Assembly: GCA_031441465.1 (NCBI GenBank)
Contig: JANOEP010000039.1
Span: forward strand, 15,221-79,220
Direction: 5' to 3'
DNA from: a bacterium
Lineage (GTDB): Bacteria; Krumholzibacteriota; Krumholzibacteriia; LZORAL124-64-63
DNA: 64,000 nt
Below are positions 41,131 to 49,965 of this stretch, piece after piece. Below the pieces are notes generated by a model that was not told the origin of the DNA, ran no database searches, and saw only the letters and a program-made list of their open reading frames with translations. The translations under genes and the position numbers were made by a program. How positions within the stretch are numbered: the stretch's first letter is position 1; every line of letters begins with the position of its first letter.

Positions 41131-41982
41131 ATGACCAAGCACGAACTCATCGCTCCCGCCGCGACGAAGGACCTGTACCTGCCGGTCATGGCGGAGATCA
41201 CGGATGTGCGGCAGATGACGCCGCTGGAGAAGCTGTTCGAGATCAAGCTGCCGGGCGGCGTGGCTCTGGGCCACCGGCCGGGGCAGTTCGTCGAGGTGTC
41301 GCTGTTCGGCGTCGGCGAGGCGCCGATCTCGGTCTCCTCGTCGCCGACGAAGAAGGGCGCCTTCGAACTGGGCATCCGCAAGGTGGGCATGCTCACCGAG
41401 ATGATCCACCGCATGCAGCCCGGCGAGCGCATCGGCATCCGCGGCCCCTTCGGCAACGGCTTCGACATGGCCAAGTTCAAGGGCAAGGACGTGCTGGTGG
41501 TCGCCGGCGGCATCGGCCTGGTGCCGCTGCGGTCGATGATCAACTACATCCTGGACAACCGCGGCGACTTCGGCCGGCTCATCATCTGCTATGGCAGCAA
41601 GAGCGACACCGACCTGCTGTTCGAGGACGAGCGCCGGCTGTGGGAGCGGGACCCCCGCGTCGAGTTCCACCTCACCGTGGACCACGGTTCGCCGGCCTGG
41701 CAGGGCCGCACCGGCGTCATCACGACCCTGATCCCCGGCCTGGACCTGGATCTGCCGAACACCCTGGCCTGCGTCTGCGGGCCGCCGGTCATGTACCGGT
41801 TCGTCGTGCTGGCCCTGAAATCCAAGCGCCTCGCGGAGGAGAACATCTACATGTCCCTCGAGCGCCGCATGAAGTGCGGCGTGGGCAAGTGCGGGCACTG
41901 CCAGATCAACGGCAGTTACGTCTGCCAGGACGGTCCGGTCTACCACTATCCCGACATCAAGGCACTCCGGGAGGCTCTGTGA
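41131..41982 (+). CDS. hydG: Hydrogenase gamma subunit, an FAD/NAD(P)-binding 2Fe-2S oxidoreductase (AsrB/PyrK-like).
   Basis: It has a ferredoxin-reductase fold (RPGQFVEV, GGIGLVPLRS) and a C-terminal Cys cluster CGVGKCGHCQINGSYVCQDGP. Confidence 0.75.
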   Translation: MTKHELIAPAATKDLYLPVMAEITDVRQMTPLEKLFEIKLPGGVALGHRPGQFVEVSLFGVGEAPISVSSSPTKKGAFELGIRKVGMLTEMIHRMQPGERIGIRGPFGNGFDMAKFKGKDVLVVAGGIGLVPLRSMINYILDNRGDFGRLIICYGSKSDTDLLFEDERRLWERDPRVEFHLTVDHGSPAWQGRTGVITTLIPGLDLDLPNTLACVCGPPVMYRFVVLALKSKRLAEENIYMSLERRMKCGVGKCGHCQINGSYVCQDGPVYHYPDIKALREAL

Positions 41983-42728
41983 TGGCGAACAAACCGAGAG
42001 TCGGCATCTTCGACTTCACCGGCTGCGAGGGTTGCGAGCTCAACCAGCTGAATTTCGAGGATCAGCTCCTGGACATCCTGGAGCACGTGGAGATCGTCGA
42101 ATGGCGCGAGGCCATGGACGGTCAGGTGGAGGAACTGGACATCGCGTTCGTCGAAGGCTCGCTGTCCACACCCGACTGCATCAAGCGGATCCACGAGGTC
42201 CGCCGCAAGTCCAAGGTCCTGGTGGCCCTGGGCGCCTGCGCGGTGCAGGGCGGGATGAACGCCCTGAAGAACATCCGGCCCATCGAGCAGGTGCGCGAGG
42301 AGGTCTACGGCCAGGACAAGTACCTGTTCCCGACCCTGCCCGCGCTGCCGATCAGTTCGGTGGTCAAGGTCGACGTGAACATCCGCGGGTGCCCCATGAC
42401 CCAGAAGGAGTTCCTGAAGGTGTTCACCGCCCTGGTGATGGGCAAGATGCCGATCGAACCGGGTAACGCGGTGTGTACCGAGTGCAAGCTCAGGGACAAC
42501 GAGTGCGTCTTCGAGAAGGGGATGATCTGCCTCGGACCCGTCACCCGCGCCGGCTGCGAAGCGCAGTGCCCGAGCTTCGGCCAGTACTGCATCGGCTGCC
42601 GCGGCCTGGTGCCGGAGCCGAACATCGAGGCGATGGAGGAAATCCTCACCGCGCACGGGCTGTCGATGGACGACGCGCGCAAGAAGCTCCAGTTGTTCAA
42701 CGCCAACCAGCTCGAGGGGGTCTCCTGA
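41982..42728 (+). CDS. hydD: [NiFe]-hydrogenase small (delta) subunit.
   Basis: FDFTGCEGCEL and GACAVQGG are the proximal-cluster motifs. A distal Cys cluster is also present. The ATG overlaps the upstream stop (TGATG). Confidence 0.85.
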   Translation: MANKPRVGIFDFTGCEGCELNQLNFEDQLLDILEHVEIVEWREAMDGQVEELDIAFVEGSLSTPDCIKRIHEVRRKSKVLVALGACAVQGGMNALKNIRPIEQVREEVYGQDKYLFPTLPALPISSVVKVDVNIRGCPMTQKEFLKVFTALVMGKMPIEPGNAVCTECKLRDNECVFEKGMICLGPVTRAGCEAQCPSFGQYCIGCRGLVPEPNIEAMEEILTAHGLSMDDARKKLQLFNANQLEGVS

Positions 42729-44032
42729 TGGGCACCAACCTGGACATCAAAGTCCACCACCTGACGCGGGTGGAGGGCCACGGTGATATCGTCGTCAACA
42801 TGCGCGACGGCGTGCTGGAGAAGGCGCGCCTGGAGATCGTCGAGGCGCCGCGCTACTTCGAGGCGATGCTCAAGGGCCGCAACTTCCACGAGGCCGCGAT
42901 CATCACCTCACGCATCTGCGGCATCTGCTCGCTCGGCCACCAGATGACGTCGTTCAAGGCCACCGAGCAGGCGCTGGGCCTGGAGATCAGCGAGCAGACG
43001 CTGCTGCTGCGCAAGCTGCTGGTGCACGGCGCCACGATCCAGTCCAACGTGCTGCACGCGCTGTTCCTGGCCGCGCCCGACTTCCTGAAGGTCGGCTCGG
43101 TCTTCCCGCTGGTGAGCACGCATCCCGAGGTCGTCCTGGCCGCCCTGCGCATGAAGCGCCTGGCCAACGACATCGGCGAGGTGGTCTCCGGCCGCGCCGT
43201 GCACCCGATCTCCTGCGTGCCCGGCGGCTTCACCCAGCTGCCCTCGGCGAAGTCCCTGGCCGTGCTGCGCGAGCGCCTCGAGAAGCAGATGCTGCCGGAC
43301 CTGGTCTTCGCGGCCGACGTCGTGGCGACGCTGGCGGGCGAGATCCCGGACTTCACCCGCGAAACCGAGTTCATCTCCCTGCGCAGCGACGACGACTACG
43401 CGCTCTACGACGGCGACATCTGCTCGACGGACACCGGTCGCGTTCCGGACGGCGAGTACCGCCGCATGACCAACGAGTACATCGTGCACCACAGCACGTC
43501 GAAGCACTGCAAGGTCAACCGGTCGTCGTACATGGTGGGCGCCCTGGCCCGCTGGAACAACAACCACGACCGGCTCTGCCCCGAGGCCCTGGGCGTCGCG
43601 GCGAAGCTCGGCCTGAAGCCGAGCTGCCACAACCCCTACATGAACACCGTGGCCCAGGTCGTCGAGTCGGTCCACTGCTGCCTCGACGCCATGGCCATCC
43701 TGGACCGCCTGCTGGCGGCCGGGATCCGCGACGAGGTTCCCAACCAGGACCCGACGCGCTACGGGACGGGCGTCGGCGCCACCGAGGTGCCGCGCGGCAT
43801 CCTGTACCACGAGTACACCTACGACCGGCAGGGCCGCATCACGGCCGCGAACTGCATCATCCCGACGGGGCAGAACCTGGCCAACATCGACGACGACATG
43901 GTCAAGCTCGTGCCCGAGGTCGTGGACCGCGGCGAGGCCGCGATCGCGCACCTGCTGGAGATGCTGGTGCGGGCCTACGACCCCTGCATCTCGTGCTCGG
44001 TGCACATGCTGGACGTCAAGTTCACGAGGTAG
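42728..44032 (+). CDS. hydA: [NiFe]-hydrogenase large (alpha) subunit, group 3.
   Basis: The N-terminal RICGICSLGH and C-terminal DPCISCSVH Ni-Fe ligand motifs are present. The C-terminal extension after the His is short (MLDVKFTR). Confidence 0.9.
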   Translation: MGTNLDIKVHHLTRVEGHGDIVVNMRDGVLEKARLEIVEAPRYFEAMLKGRNFHEAAIITSRICGICSLGHQMTSFKATEQALGLEISEQTLLLRKLLVHGATIQSNVLHALFLAAPDFLKVGSVFPLVSTHPEVVLAALRMKRLANDIGEVVSGRAVHPISCVPGGFTQLPSAKSLAVLRERLEKQMLPDLVFAADVVATLAGEIPDFTRETEFISLRSDDDYALYDGDICSTDTGRVPDGEYRRMTNEYIVHHSTSKHCKVNRSSYMVGALARWNNNHDRLCPEALGVAAKLGLKPSCHNPYMNTVAQVVESVHCCLDAMAILDRLLAAGIRDEVPNQDPTRYGTGVGATEVPRGILYHEYTYDRQGRITAANCIIPTGQNLANIDDDMVKLVPEVVDRGEAAIAHLLEMLVRAYDPCISCSVHMLDVKFTR

Positions 44033-44039
44033 GAGCGGC

Positions 44040-44510
44040 GTGAAGCTCATCGCGGTCGGCAATCCGCTGTACGGCGACGACGGGGTGGGGGCGGCCGTCC
44101 TGGAACGGGCCCGCGCCACGGACGCCTTCCCGGGCGCCGAACTGATCGACGCCGGGACCGACGCCCTGTCGCTGATCGACCGCTTCGCGGACGACGAGCT
44201 GCACGTGATCGTGGACGCGGCCCGGATGGGCCTGGAACCGGGCCGCATCGCCCGCTTCACGCCGGGCGAGGTTTCCCTGGGCGTCGTCCGGGACCGCCTC
44301 TCACTGCACGGTTTCGGCCTGGCCGAGGCCTTCGTCCTGGCCGGGCGGATCGACCGCCTGCCGCGGCGCCTGGTGGTCGTGGGCGTGGAGCCGCAGACGC
44401 TGGAGATCGACCGGGGCCTTTCGGACGCGGTGGCGTCGGCGGTTCCCGAGGTGCTGGAGATCATCAAAGCGGAGGTTCATTCCGATGAAGCGGACCATCC
44501 TGGTCATTGA
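44040..44510 (+). CDS. Hydrogenase maturation endopeptidase (HycI/HyaD family).
   Basis: MKLIAVGNPLYGDDGVG...GTD is the canonical N-terminus and metal-binding pattern. The gene is adjacent to the large subunit gene. Confidence 0.8.
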   Translation: MKLIAVGNPLYGDDGVGAAVLERARATDAFPGAELIDAGTDALSLIDRFADDELHVIVDAARMGLEPGRIARFTPGEVSLGVVRDRLSLHGFGLAEAFVLAGRIDRLPRRLVVVGVEPQTLEIDRGLSDAVASAVPEVLEIIKAEVHSDEADHPGH

Positions 44511-44877
44511 CGACGACATCGACCTGGTCGAGATCATCCGGTTGACCCTCGAGAACGAGGGTTACGGCGTGATCGACGCCCAGAACGGCGCCCGGGGCCT
44601 GGAACTGGCCCGCGAGCGGAAGCCCGACCTGATCCTGCTCGACGTGATGATGGGCGAGATCGACGAGGGATTCCAGGTTGCCTACGAGCTGCGCAAGGGT
44701 GACAATACGCGGGACATCCCGATCATCATGCTGACCGCGGTGGCCGACCAGACGGGGTACGCCTTCGATCCGGAGAAGGACTCGGACTTCCTGCCGGTGG
44801 ACGAGTACCTCGAGAAACCCGTCAGCCCCCGGCGGCTCGTGGACCTGGTGCGCAAGCACCTGCCGCCGACGATCTAG
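44485..44877 (+). CDS. Single-domain response regulator (CheY-like receiver).
   Basis: MKRTILVIDDD, a phospho-acceptor Asp in LILLDVMM, and a conserved T and K are present. The gene overlaps the protease gene end by 26 nt. Confidence 0.8.
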   Translation: MKRTILVIDDDIDLVEIIRLTLENEGYGVIDAQNGARGLELARERKPDLILLDVMMGEIDEGFQVAYELRKGDNTRDIPIIMLTAVADQTGYAFDPEKDSDFLPVDEYLEKPVSPRRLVDLVRKHLPPTI

Positions 44878-44883
44878 GAGGCC

Positions 44884-46239
44884 ATGGAGCGCAGGGCCGC
44901 GGGCGCCGTCGAACCGATCGCTCCCGAGTCGGCCCACTTCGTCTCGGCCGCGTCGCTGCGCGTTCGTTCCGACTGGTTCAACCGCATGCGCTGGATCGCC
45001 GCCGTCGGCGTGGTGCTGGTCTCGCTGCTGGCGGTCGAGTTCGGCGGCGTCGACCTGCCGTTGCTGCCCATCATGTCGACGGCCGCCGTCCTGCTGGCCA
45101 TGAACGCCTCCTACACGCTGCGCAACCGCCGCGTGCCCGCGACCGACATCCGCGCCGAACTGGTCGTCGTCAAGCTCCAGATGGTCCTGGATCTGCTGCT
45201 GCTGACGGTCCTGTTGAGCTTCAGCGGCGGGATCGAGAACCCCTTCCATTTCGTCTACATCATCCACGTGCTGCTGGCCGGGCTGCTGTTCAAGGGCGGC
45301 GAGATCCGCCGGATGGCCCTGCTGGCCGGCCTGCTGTTCACCGCCGAGGTGCTGGGGGAGGCGGCCGGGCTCGTGCCGCACCACCACCTCGCCAGCGGTC
45401 CGGAGATGAGCCAGGACTGGCGCTTCGTGTCCTCGGGGCTGGCGGCCTTCTGGATCGTGCTGGTCTGCTGCGCGTACCTGAGCGCCTCGATCATGCGGCA
45501 CAACCGGGTGATCAAGGACGACCTGGTGGTGCGGCAGCGCCAGCTCATGGCGGCGGACAAGGCCAAGATCGACTTCTTCCGCTACGTCTCGCACGAGGTC
45601 AAGACCCCGGTGATCACGGCCCAGAGCGCCGTGGAGGCCGTGCTGGCCGTCGCGGGCGCGGACATGGCCGCGAAACCGCGCGATCTGCTGCTGCGCACCG
45701 TCGAGCGGCTGCGCCAGGCGACCGAGATCGTGCAGGGCCTGAGCGACCTGACGCGCGGGCCGCTGCACCAGGGCCAGGATGTGCGTGACGTGAACCTCAA
45801 CCGGCTGGTCGCCTCCCTCCTGGACGGCCAGCAATCGCTGATCGAGACGCGCGGGCTGCGCGTCGAGGCCAGGCTGCCGGCCGAGGACGTGCTGCTGCGC
45901 GCCAGCGAGACCATGGTCGAGAAGGTCCTGGGCAACCTGATCAGCAACGCGGTGCGCTACAATCGCGACGGCGGCCGCCTGATCGTGGCGATGCAGGACC
46001 TGGGCGACGCCGTGCGCGTGGCCGTCACCGACGAGGGGATCGGCATCCGGCCCGAGGACCTCGGCCGCATTTTCGACGAATTCTACCGCACCCCGGAGGC
46101 CAAGGCGGCCTCGTCTCTGGGGACGGGCCTGGGCCTGCCCATCGTCAAGCGCTTCCTCGAACAGATGGGCGGCGAGATCGCGGTCGAGAGCGAACCGGGC
46201 CGTGGCAGCACCTTCACGGCGACTCTGAGGAGAACCTGA
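44884..46239 (+). CDS. Membrane sensor histidine kinase.
   Basis: It has multiple N-terminal TM helices, an H-box (FFRYVSHEVKTP), and N, G1, F and G2 boxes (NLISNAVRYN, DEGIGI, GTGLGL). Confidence 0.8.
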   Translation: MERRAAGAVEPIAPESAHFVSAASLRVRSDWFNRMRWIAAVGVVLVSLLAVEFGGVDLPLLPIMSTAAVLLAMNASYTLRNRRVPATDIRAELVVVKLQMVLDLLLLTVLLSFSGGIENPFHFVYIIHVLLAGLLFKGGEIRRMALLAGLLFTAEVLGEAAGLVPHHHLASGPEMSQDWRFVSSGLAAFWIVLVCCAYLSASIMRHNRVIKDDLVVRQRQLMAADKAKIDFFRYVSHEVKTPVITAQSAVEAVLAVAGADMAAKPRDLLLRTVERLRQATEIVQGLSDLTRGPLHQGQDVRDVNLNRLVASLLDGQQSLIETRGLRVEARLPAEDVLLRASETMVEKVLGNLISNAVRYNRDGGRLIVAMQDLGDAVRVAVTDEGIGIRPEDLGRIFDEFYRTPEAKAASSLGTGLGLPIVKRFLEQMGGEIAVESEPGRGSTFTATLRRT

Positions 46240-46241
46240 GC

Positions 46242-46715
46242 ATGCGTACCGAGTGCGGCGGCCTCATCGAGCGCAACGACCTGTGCCTGGTCGAGGTCCT
46301 GGGCTACCGCTGGCAGCCGGGCCGCTCCTGCCTGATCCTGGGGCTGTTCGGCGACGCCGGCATCCCCCTGTGCTACCTGACCATCGGCAACGGCGCCGAC
46401 GGCCTGCGCAACCTGTCGCTGTGCGTCTCGCGCCAGCACTACGAGGCGACCAACGGACTGCTGGAGACGATCCGCACCGACCACCAGCCGAAGGCGGTCG
46501 ACGTGCGCGAGCCCGTCACGATCCTGACGCTCTACGGCCCCCACTTCTACGAGCGCATCGCGCTGGCCAGCGAGGTCTACCACGCCTTGTGCCGGGACGG
46601 CATCGACACGCTCTCGCTCGGCTCCTCGGTCAACAGCATCTCGGTGGTGGTCGCCGAGGCGGACGCCGCCGCCGCCAAGGCCAGCTTCCGCAAACGCTTC
46701 ATCTGGCCGGAGTGA
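46242..46715 (+). CDS. ACT-domain-like small regulatory protein (hypothetical).
   Basis: It has a pattern similar to aspartokinase ACT repeats (ISVVVAEADAAAAKASF). The start is 2 nt after the kinase stop. Confidence 0.4.
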   Translation: MRTECGGLIERNDLCLVEVLGYRWQPGRSCLILGLFGDAGIPLCYLTIGNGADGLRNLSLCVSRQHYEATNGLLETIRTDHQPKAVDVREPVTILTLYGPHFYERIALASEVYHALCRDGIDTLSLGSSVNSISVVVAEADAAAAKASFRKRFIWPE

Positions 46716-46818
46716 CGGGCGGCGGCGCGCGCTCCGCGCACCCGACGATCGCGATCTGCTGGCGGTTCAGCGTCCGTTGTGGCATGATGAGGGGGAACCA
46801 AGGTTCCGGAGGTTTCCC

Positions 46819-47403
46819 GTGCGCGCCATCCGCATCGCCGCTTTCGTCGCCCTGATCGCGCTCCTGCCCGCCGCAGCCGCCGCCGATCGTCCGCCGCGCG
46901 CCCCGCACCGCCCCCGCGTGGTCGAGCGCGTCGACCTGCCGCGCTACTGCGGCACCTGGCACGAGATCGCCCACATCCCCAACCGCTTCCAGCAGGACTG
47001 CGGCTGCTGCGCCACAGCGACCTACGCCCTGCGCGCCGACGGCAAGCTGTCGGTGACCAACCGCTGCCGGAAGGCCGACGGCTCCCTGGACGAGTTCACG
47101 GCCGAGGCGGAGGTGGTCGACACCCGCACCAACGCCCGGCTGAAGCTGACGCCGTTCAAGATCCTCGGCCTCGCGCCCATCAAGGCCGACTACTGGATCC
47201 TGGGCCTGGAGCCCGACTACCGCTGGGCCGTGGTCGGCGGTCCCGACCGCAAGTACGGCTGGATCCTGGCCCGCGAACCGCGGTTGACGCCGCCGCAGCG
47301 GGCGGAAATCGACGCCCTGCTCGAGCGTCAGGGCTACGACCCGGCGGCCTTCACCGCCGGCGAGCAGCCCTGGACACCCGCAGCGACGGAGGTGAAGCCA
47401 TGA
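46819..47403 (+). CDS. Bacterial lipocalin (Blc-like).
   Basis: The lipocalin SCR1 motif YCGTWHEIAHIPNRFQ is present, and so is the YWILGLEPDYRWAVVGGPDRKYGWILAR motif. It has a signal peptide. The start is GTG at 46819 after GGAGG. Confidence 0.7.
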   Translation: MRAIRIAAFVALIALLPAAAAADRPPRAPHRPRVVERVDLPRYCGTWHEIAHIPNRFQQDCGCCATATYALRADGKLSVTNRCRKADGSLDEFTAEAEVVDTRTNARLKLTPFKILGLAPIKADYWILGLEPDYRWAVVGGPDRKYGWILAREPRLTPPQRAEIDALLERQGYDPAAFTAGEQPWTPAATEVKP

Positions 47404-47648
47404 TCGACGGCATGAAGGTTCTGCGGACCTACGGCAGCGAGGTCGAGGCGGAGATGGCGGCCGCGATGCTCCAGGCCTACGGCCTCGAGGCGCTGGTGTC
47501 CACCGACGACGCCGGCGGCATGTATCCGCAGATGGCGCAGCTGCGGGGCATCAAGCTGCTGGTCTGGGAGAAGGATCTCGAGGAGGCGCGGGCGCTGCTG
47601 GACGCCGAAGGGGTGGGGGACGAACCGGATGGCCCCACCAGTAGTTAG
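47400..47648 (+). CDS. DUF2007-family small protein.
   Basis: An 82-aa acidic protein. The start overlaps the lipocalin stop (ATGA). Confidence 0.5.
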   Translation: MIDGMKVLRTYGSEVEAEMAAAMLQAYGLEALVSTDDAGGMYPQMAQLRGIKLLVWEKDLEEARALLDAEGVGDEPDGPTSS

Positions 47649-47697
47649 ATCATCGTTACTTGATGATACAGCAACAAGATAGTATTTCTGCTCACAC

Positions 47698-47756
47698 TTG
47701 ACGATTCTTCGAATATTGTATACAATGTCGTCATAATACGTCGATAAATGACGACA
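47698..47756 (+). promoter_or_regulatory. Near-consensus sigma70-type promoter TTGACG-17-TACAAT, followed by operator-like palindromes.
   Basis: It sits in an AT-rich island. The -35 is at 47698-47703 and the -10 at 47721-47726. A perfect palindrome TTGTATACAA lies at 47717-47726. An inverted repeat TGTCGTCAT-13-ATGACGACA lies at 47726-47756, and it overlaps the first ATG of the downstream ORF. Confidence 0.5.
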
Positions 47757-47768
47757 AGGTGGTCAATA

Positions 47769-48908
47769 ATGCACAGGCGATGCTTGTCGGCTCCGAATCA
47801 GAGCTACTTCCTGTTGGGACCTCGTGGGACCGGCAAGTCCACCTGGTTGAGGGCGCAGATGCCCTCGGCCTACTTCGTGGATCTGTTGGATGAAGTCAAG
47901 TTCCAGCGGCTGCTGGCCAACCCTGGATTGTTCGCCGACGAATTGAGGGCGCTTGCCGCCGACCGCTGGATCGTCATCGACGAGGTCCAGCGATTGCCGT
48001 CGCTCCTGAACGAGGTTCACCGCGCCATCGAAGAGAGGAAGACCCGCTTCGTGCTCTGCGGGTCGAGTGCGCGCAAGCTGAAGCGGGAGGGCGTCAACCT
48101 GCTGGCCGGCCGTGCCCTGCAGCGGTCGATGCATCCTTTCGTCCCCGAAGAACTCGGCGGCAGCTTCGATCTCGAATCGGCGCTGAGGTACGGGCTCCTG
48201 CCGCTCGTCTGGGGTTCGCCGGAGCGGGAGGAAACGCTGGCGGCCTACGCGCAGTTGTACCTGAAGGAGGAGATCCAGGCGGAGGCCGTGGTGCGAAACC
48301 TCCCCGGGTTCGCTCGGTTCCTGCCGATCGCGGCGCTCTGCCACGGCCAGACCGTGAACATGTCGAACATCGCCCGCGAGGCGGGCGTTGCGCGGACAAC
48401 GGTCGCCGGCTACCTGGAAGTCCTCGAGGAGACCCTGCTCTGCTTCCGCGTGCCGGGCTTCGAGGCGAAACAGCGTGTGCGTGAGCGCAAACACCCGAAG
48501 TGGTACTGGTGTGATCCCGGCATCGTCAGGGCGATGCGCCGTTCGCGCGGCGTTCCCGGGTCCGAGGAACGGGGTGCCCTGTTCGAAGGCCTGGTGGCGC
48601 AAATCTTGCGGGCCTACCGCGACTACGCAGGACTCTGCGACGACATCACCTACTGGTCGGCCGAAAGACGCAGCACGGAGGTCGACTTCGTCCTGTCCCG
48701 CGGCGACCGTTATGTCGCCGTCGAAGCCAAGGCCGGCACTACGTTCTCCGATAGCTGGTGCAAGGGTCTGCGGGCCATCGCTTCGCTGCCCGGCCTCGAA
48801 CGACGTCTGATCGTCTACCCGGACGGTCCCAGATTGAGGACCTCGGACGGGATCGAGGTCCTGCCCTTCGCGATCTTCGCCGCACTTCTCGCCGAAGGTG
48901 GGTTGTGA
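47769..48908 (+). CDS. AAA-family ATPase with a DUF4143 C-terminal domain (COG1373-like).
   Basis: It has a Walker A (LLGPRGTGKST), a Walker B (RWIVIDEVQ), and a C-terminal DUF4143 region. The alternative start at 47748 lies inside the palindrome. The GC content is lower than in the flanks. Confidence 0.75.
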   Translation: MHRRCLSAPNQSYFLLGPRGTGKSTWLRAQMPSAYFVDLLDEVKFQRLLANPGLFADELRALAADRWIVIDEVQRLPSLLNEVHRAIEERKTRFVLCGSSARKLKREGVNLLAGRALQRSMHPFVPEELGGSFDLESALRYGLLPLVWGSPEREETLAAYAQLYLKEEIQAEAVVRNLPGFARFLPIAALCHGQTVNMSNIAREAGVARTTVAGYLEVLEETLLCFRVPGFEAKQRVRERKHPKWYWCDPGIVRAMRRSRGVPGSEERGALFEGLVAQILRAYRDYAGLCDDITYWSAERRSTEVDFVLSRGDRYVAVEAKAGTTFSDSWCKGLRAIASLPGLERRLIVYPDGPRLRTSDGIEVLPFAIFAALLAEGGL

Positions 48909-48959
48909 AGCCCGGACGGTTATCGTGAACGGTTTCCACAACAGGAGGTCCGAAGAGTC

Positions 48960-49821
48960 ATGAAGATTCTCATCGCCGGTTCGCCGAAGACCGGAACTAC
49001 CGGACTTTACTACAAGTTACGAAATTCGTGGGGGGGGGGGCAGCCCTAGGCTGCTCTTCGAGGAACCCGAGCCCTACCAGCCCGAACTCGGTGACGACAA
49101 GCGTGGTGTTCTGGCCAAAGTCGTCATCAATCCCGACACCGAGGATCTGACGCCGTACCTGCACTTCGACCGCAAGATCGCCATCATCCGCGATCCCCGC
49201 GACACGCTGATCAGCCGCCTGATGTACGGCATCGGCTACCACAGCCCCTACGACCGCGACGACCACATGGTCGCCCGCATGTACGCGTTCTTGAGACGGA
49301 TGGAGGCGTCGGGCGGCGCGCTCGGCGTCCTGGACCTCATCCGCTTCGACTGGGCGCTGCGTGGGATCGCGCACGACGATACGTCCGTTCGCGCTCACTA
49401 CGCGTCGGAGTGGGGCAGGATCGAGAGCTTCTACGCGCGCTACCCCGACTTCTTCCCGTTCAAGTACGAGGACTTCGTGGCGGGGCGGCTGGAGGCACTG
49501 TCGGAGTATCTCGGCATGGAACTCACGGGCTCGGCCGAGGTCGATCCGAAGCATCATCGGGTTGTCAGGACAAAGTCTTCTGGCGACTGGCGGCAGTGGT
49601 TCCAGGCCGAGGACGTGGCGCTCTTCAGGAATATCTACGAGGATTTCCTGGTCCGGTACGGCTACGACCCTGGGTGGACGTCGAGCGCGTCGCCGCGGAT
49701 CGAGCCGCAGTTCGCGTCCGAGTACTTCTATCGGTTGGTATCCGAGAAGCGGGCCTTGATCCTGCGGCCGGTGACGCGAGAGACGCTGCTGCAGCTCGCT
49801 GCGCAGCAGGAAGCGTCCTGA
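48960..49821 (+). pseudogene. Sulfotransferase-family gene interrupted by a frameshift at a G11 homopolymer. It may be phase-variable, or the homopolymer may be a sequencing error.
   Basis: The N-terminus MKILIAGSPKTGTTGLYYKLRNSWGGG (5'-PSB P-loop) is in frame 0 and hits TAG at 49047. Frame +1 continues from the G-run as SPRLLFEEPEPY...RTKSSGDWRQWF (3'-PB motif) to 49821. Removing one G restores a single 286-aa ORF. Confidence 0.6.
49030..49040 (+). repeat. Poly-G homopolymeric tract (G11) inside the coding sequence.
   Basis: Seen directly in the sequence: cgtgGGGGGGGGGGGcagcc. Confidence 0.9.
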
Positions 49822-49965
49822 GTCGGAGGTGAGGGAAGTACTCTGCGGATCGGCACGCCGGCGAGCATCGACACGTTTGATGAATGAACACGGTCATCCC
49901 TGATCCCAGGGATGGCCGGCATGAAAGCACAAAACCCGCACCCGCCCGGCATCACCGCTCGGAAC

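Noticed and set aside
49895-49914. The hairpin CATCCCTG-atcc-CAGGGATG between the sulfotransferase and hypE.
   Set aside because: The stem is only 8 bp with no flanking U-tract on either strand, so there is not enough support to call it a terminator.
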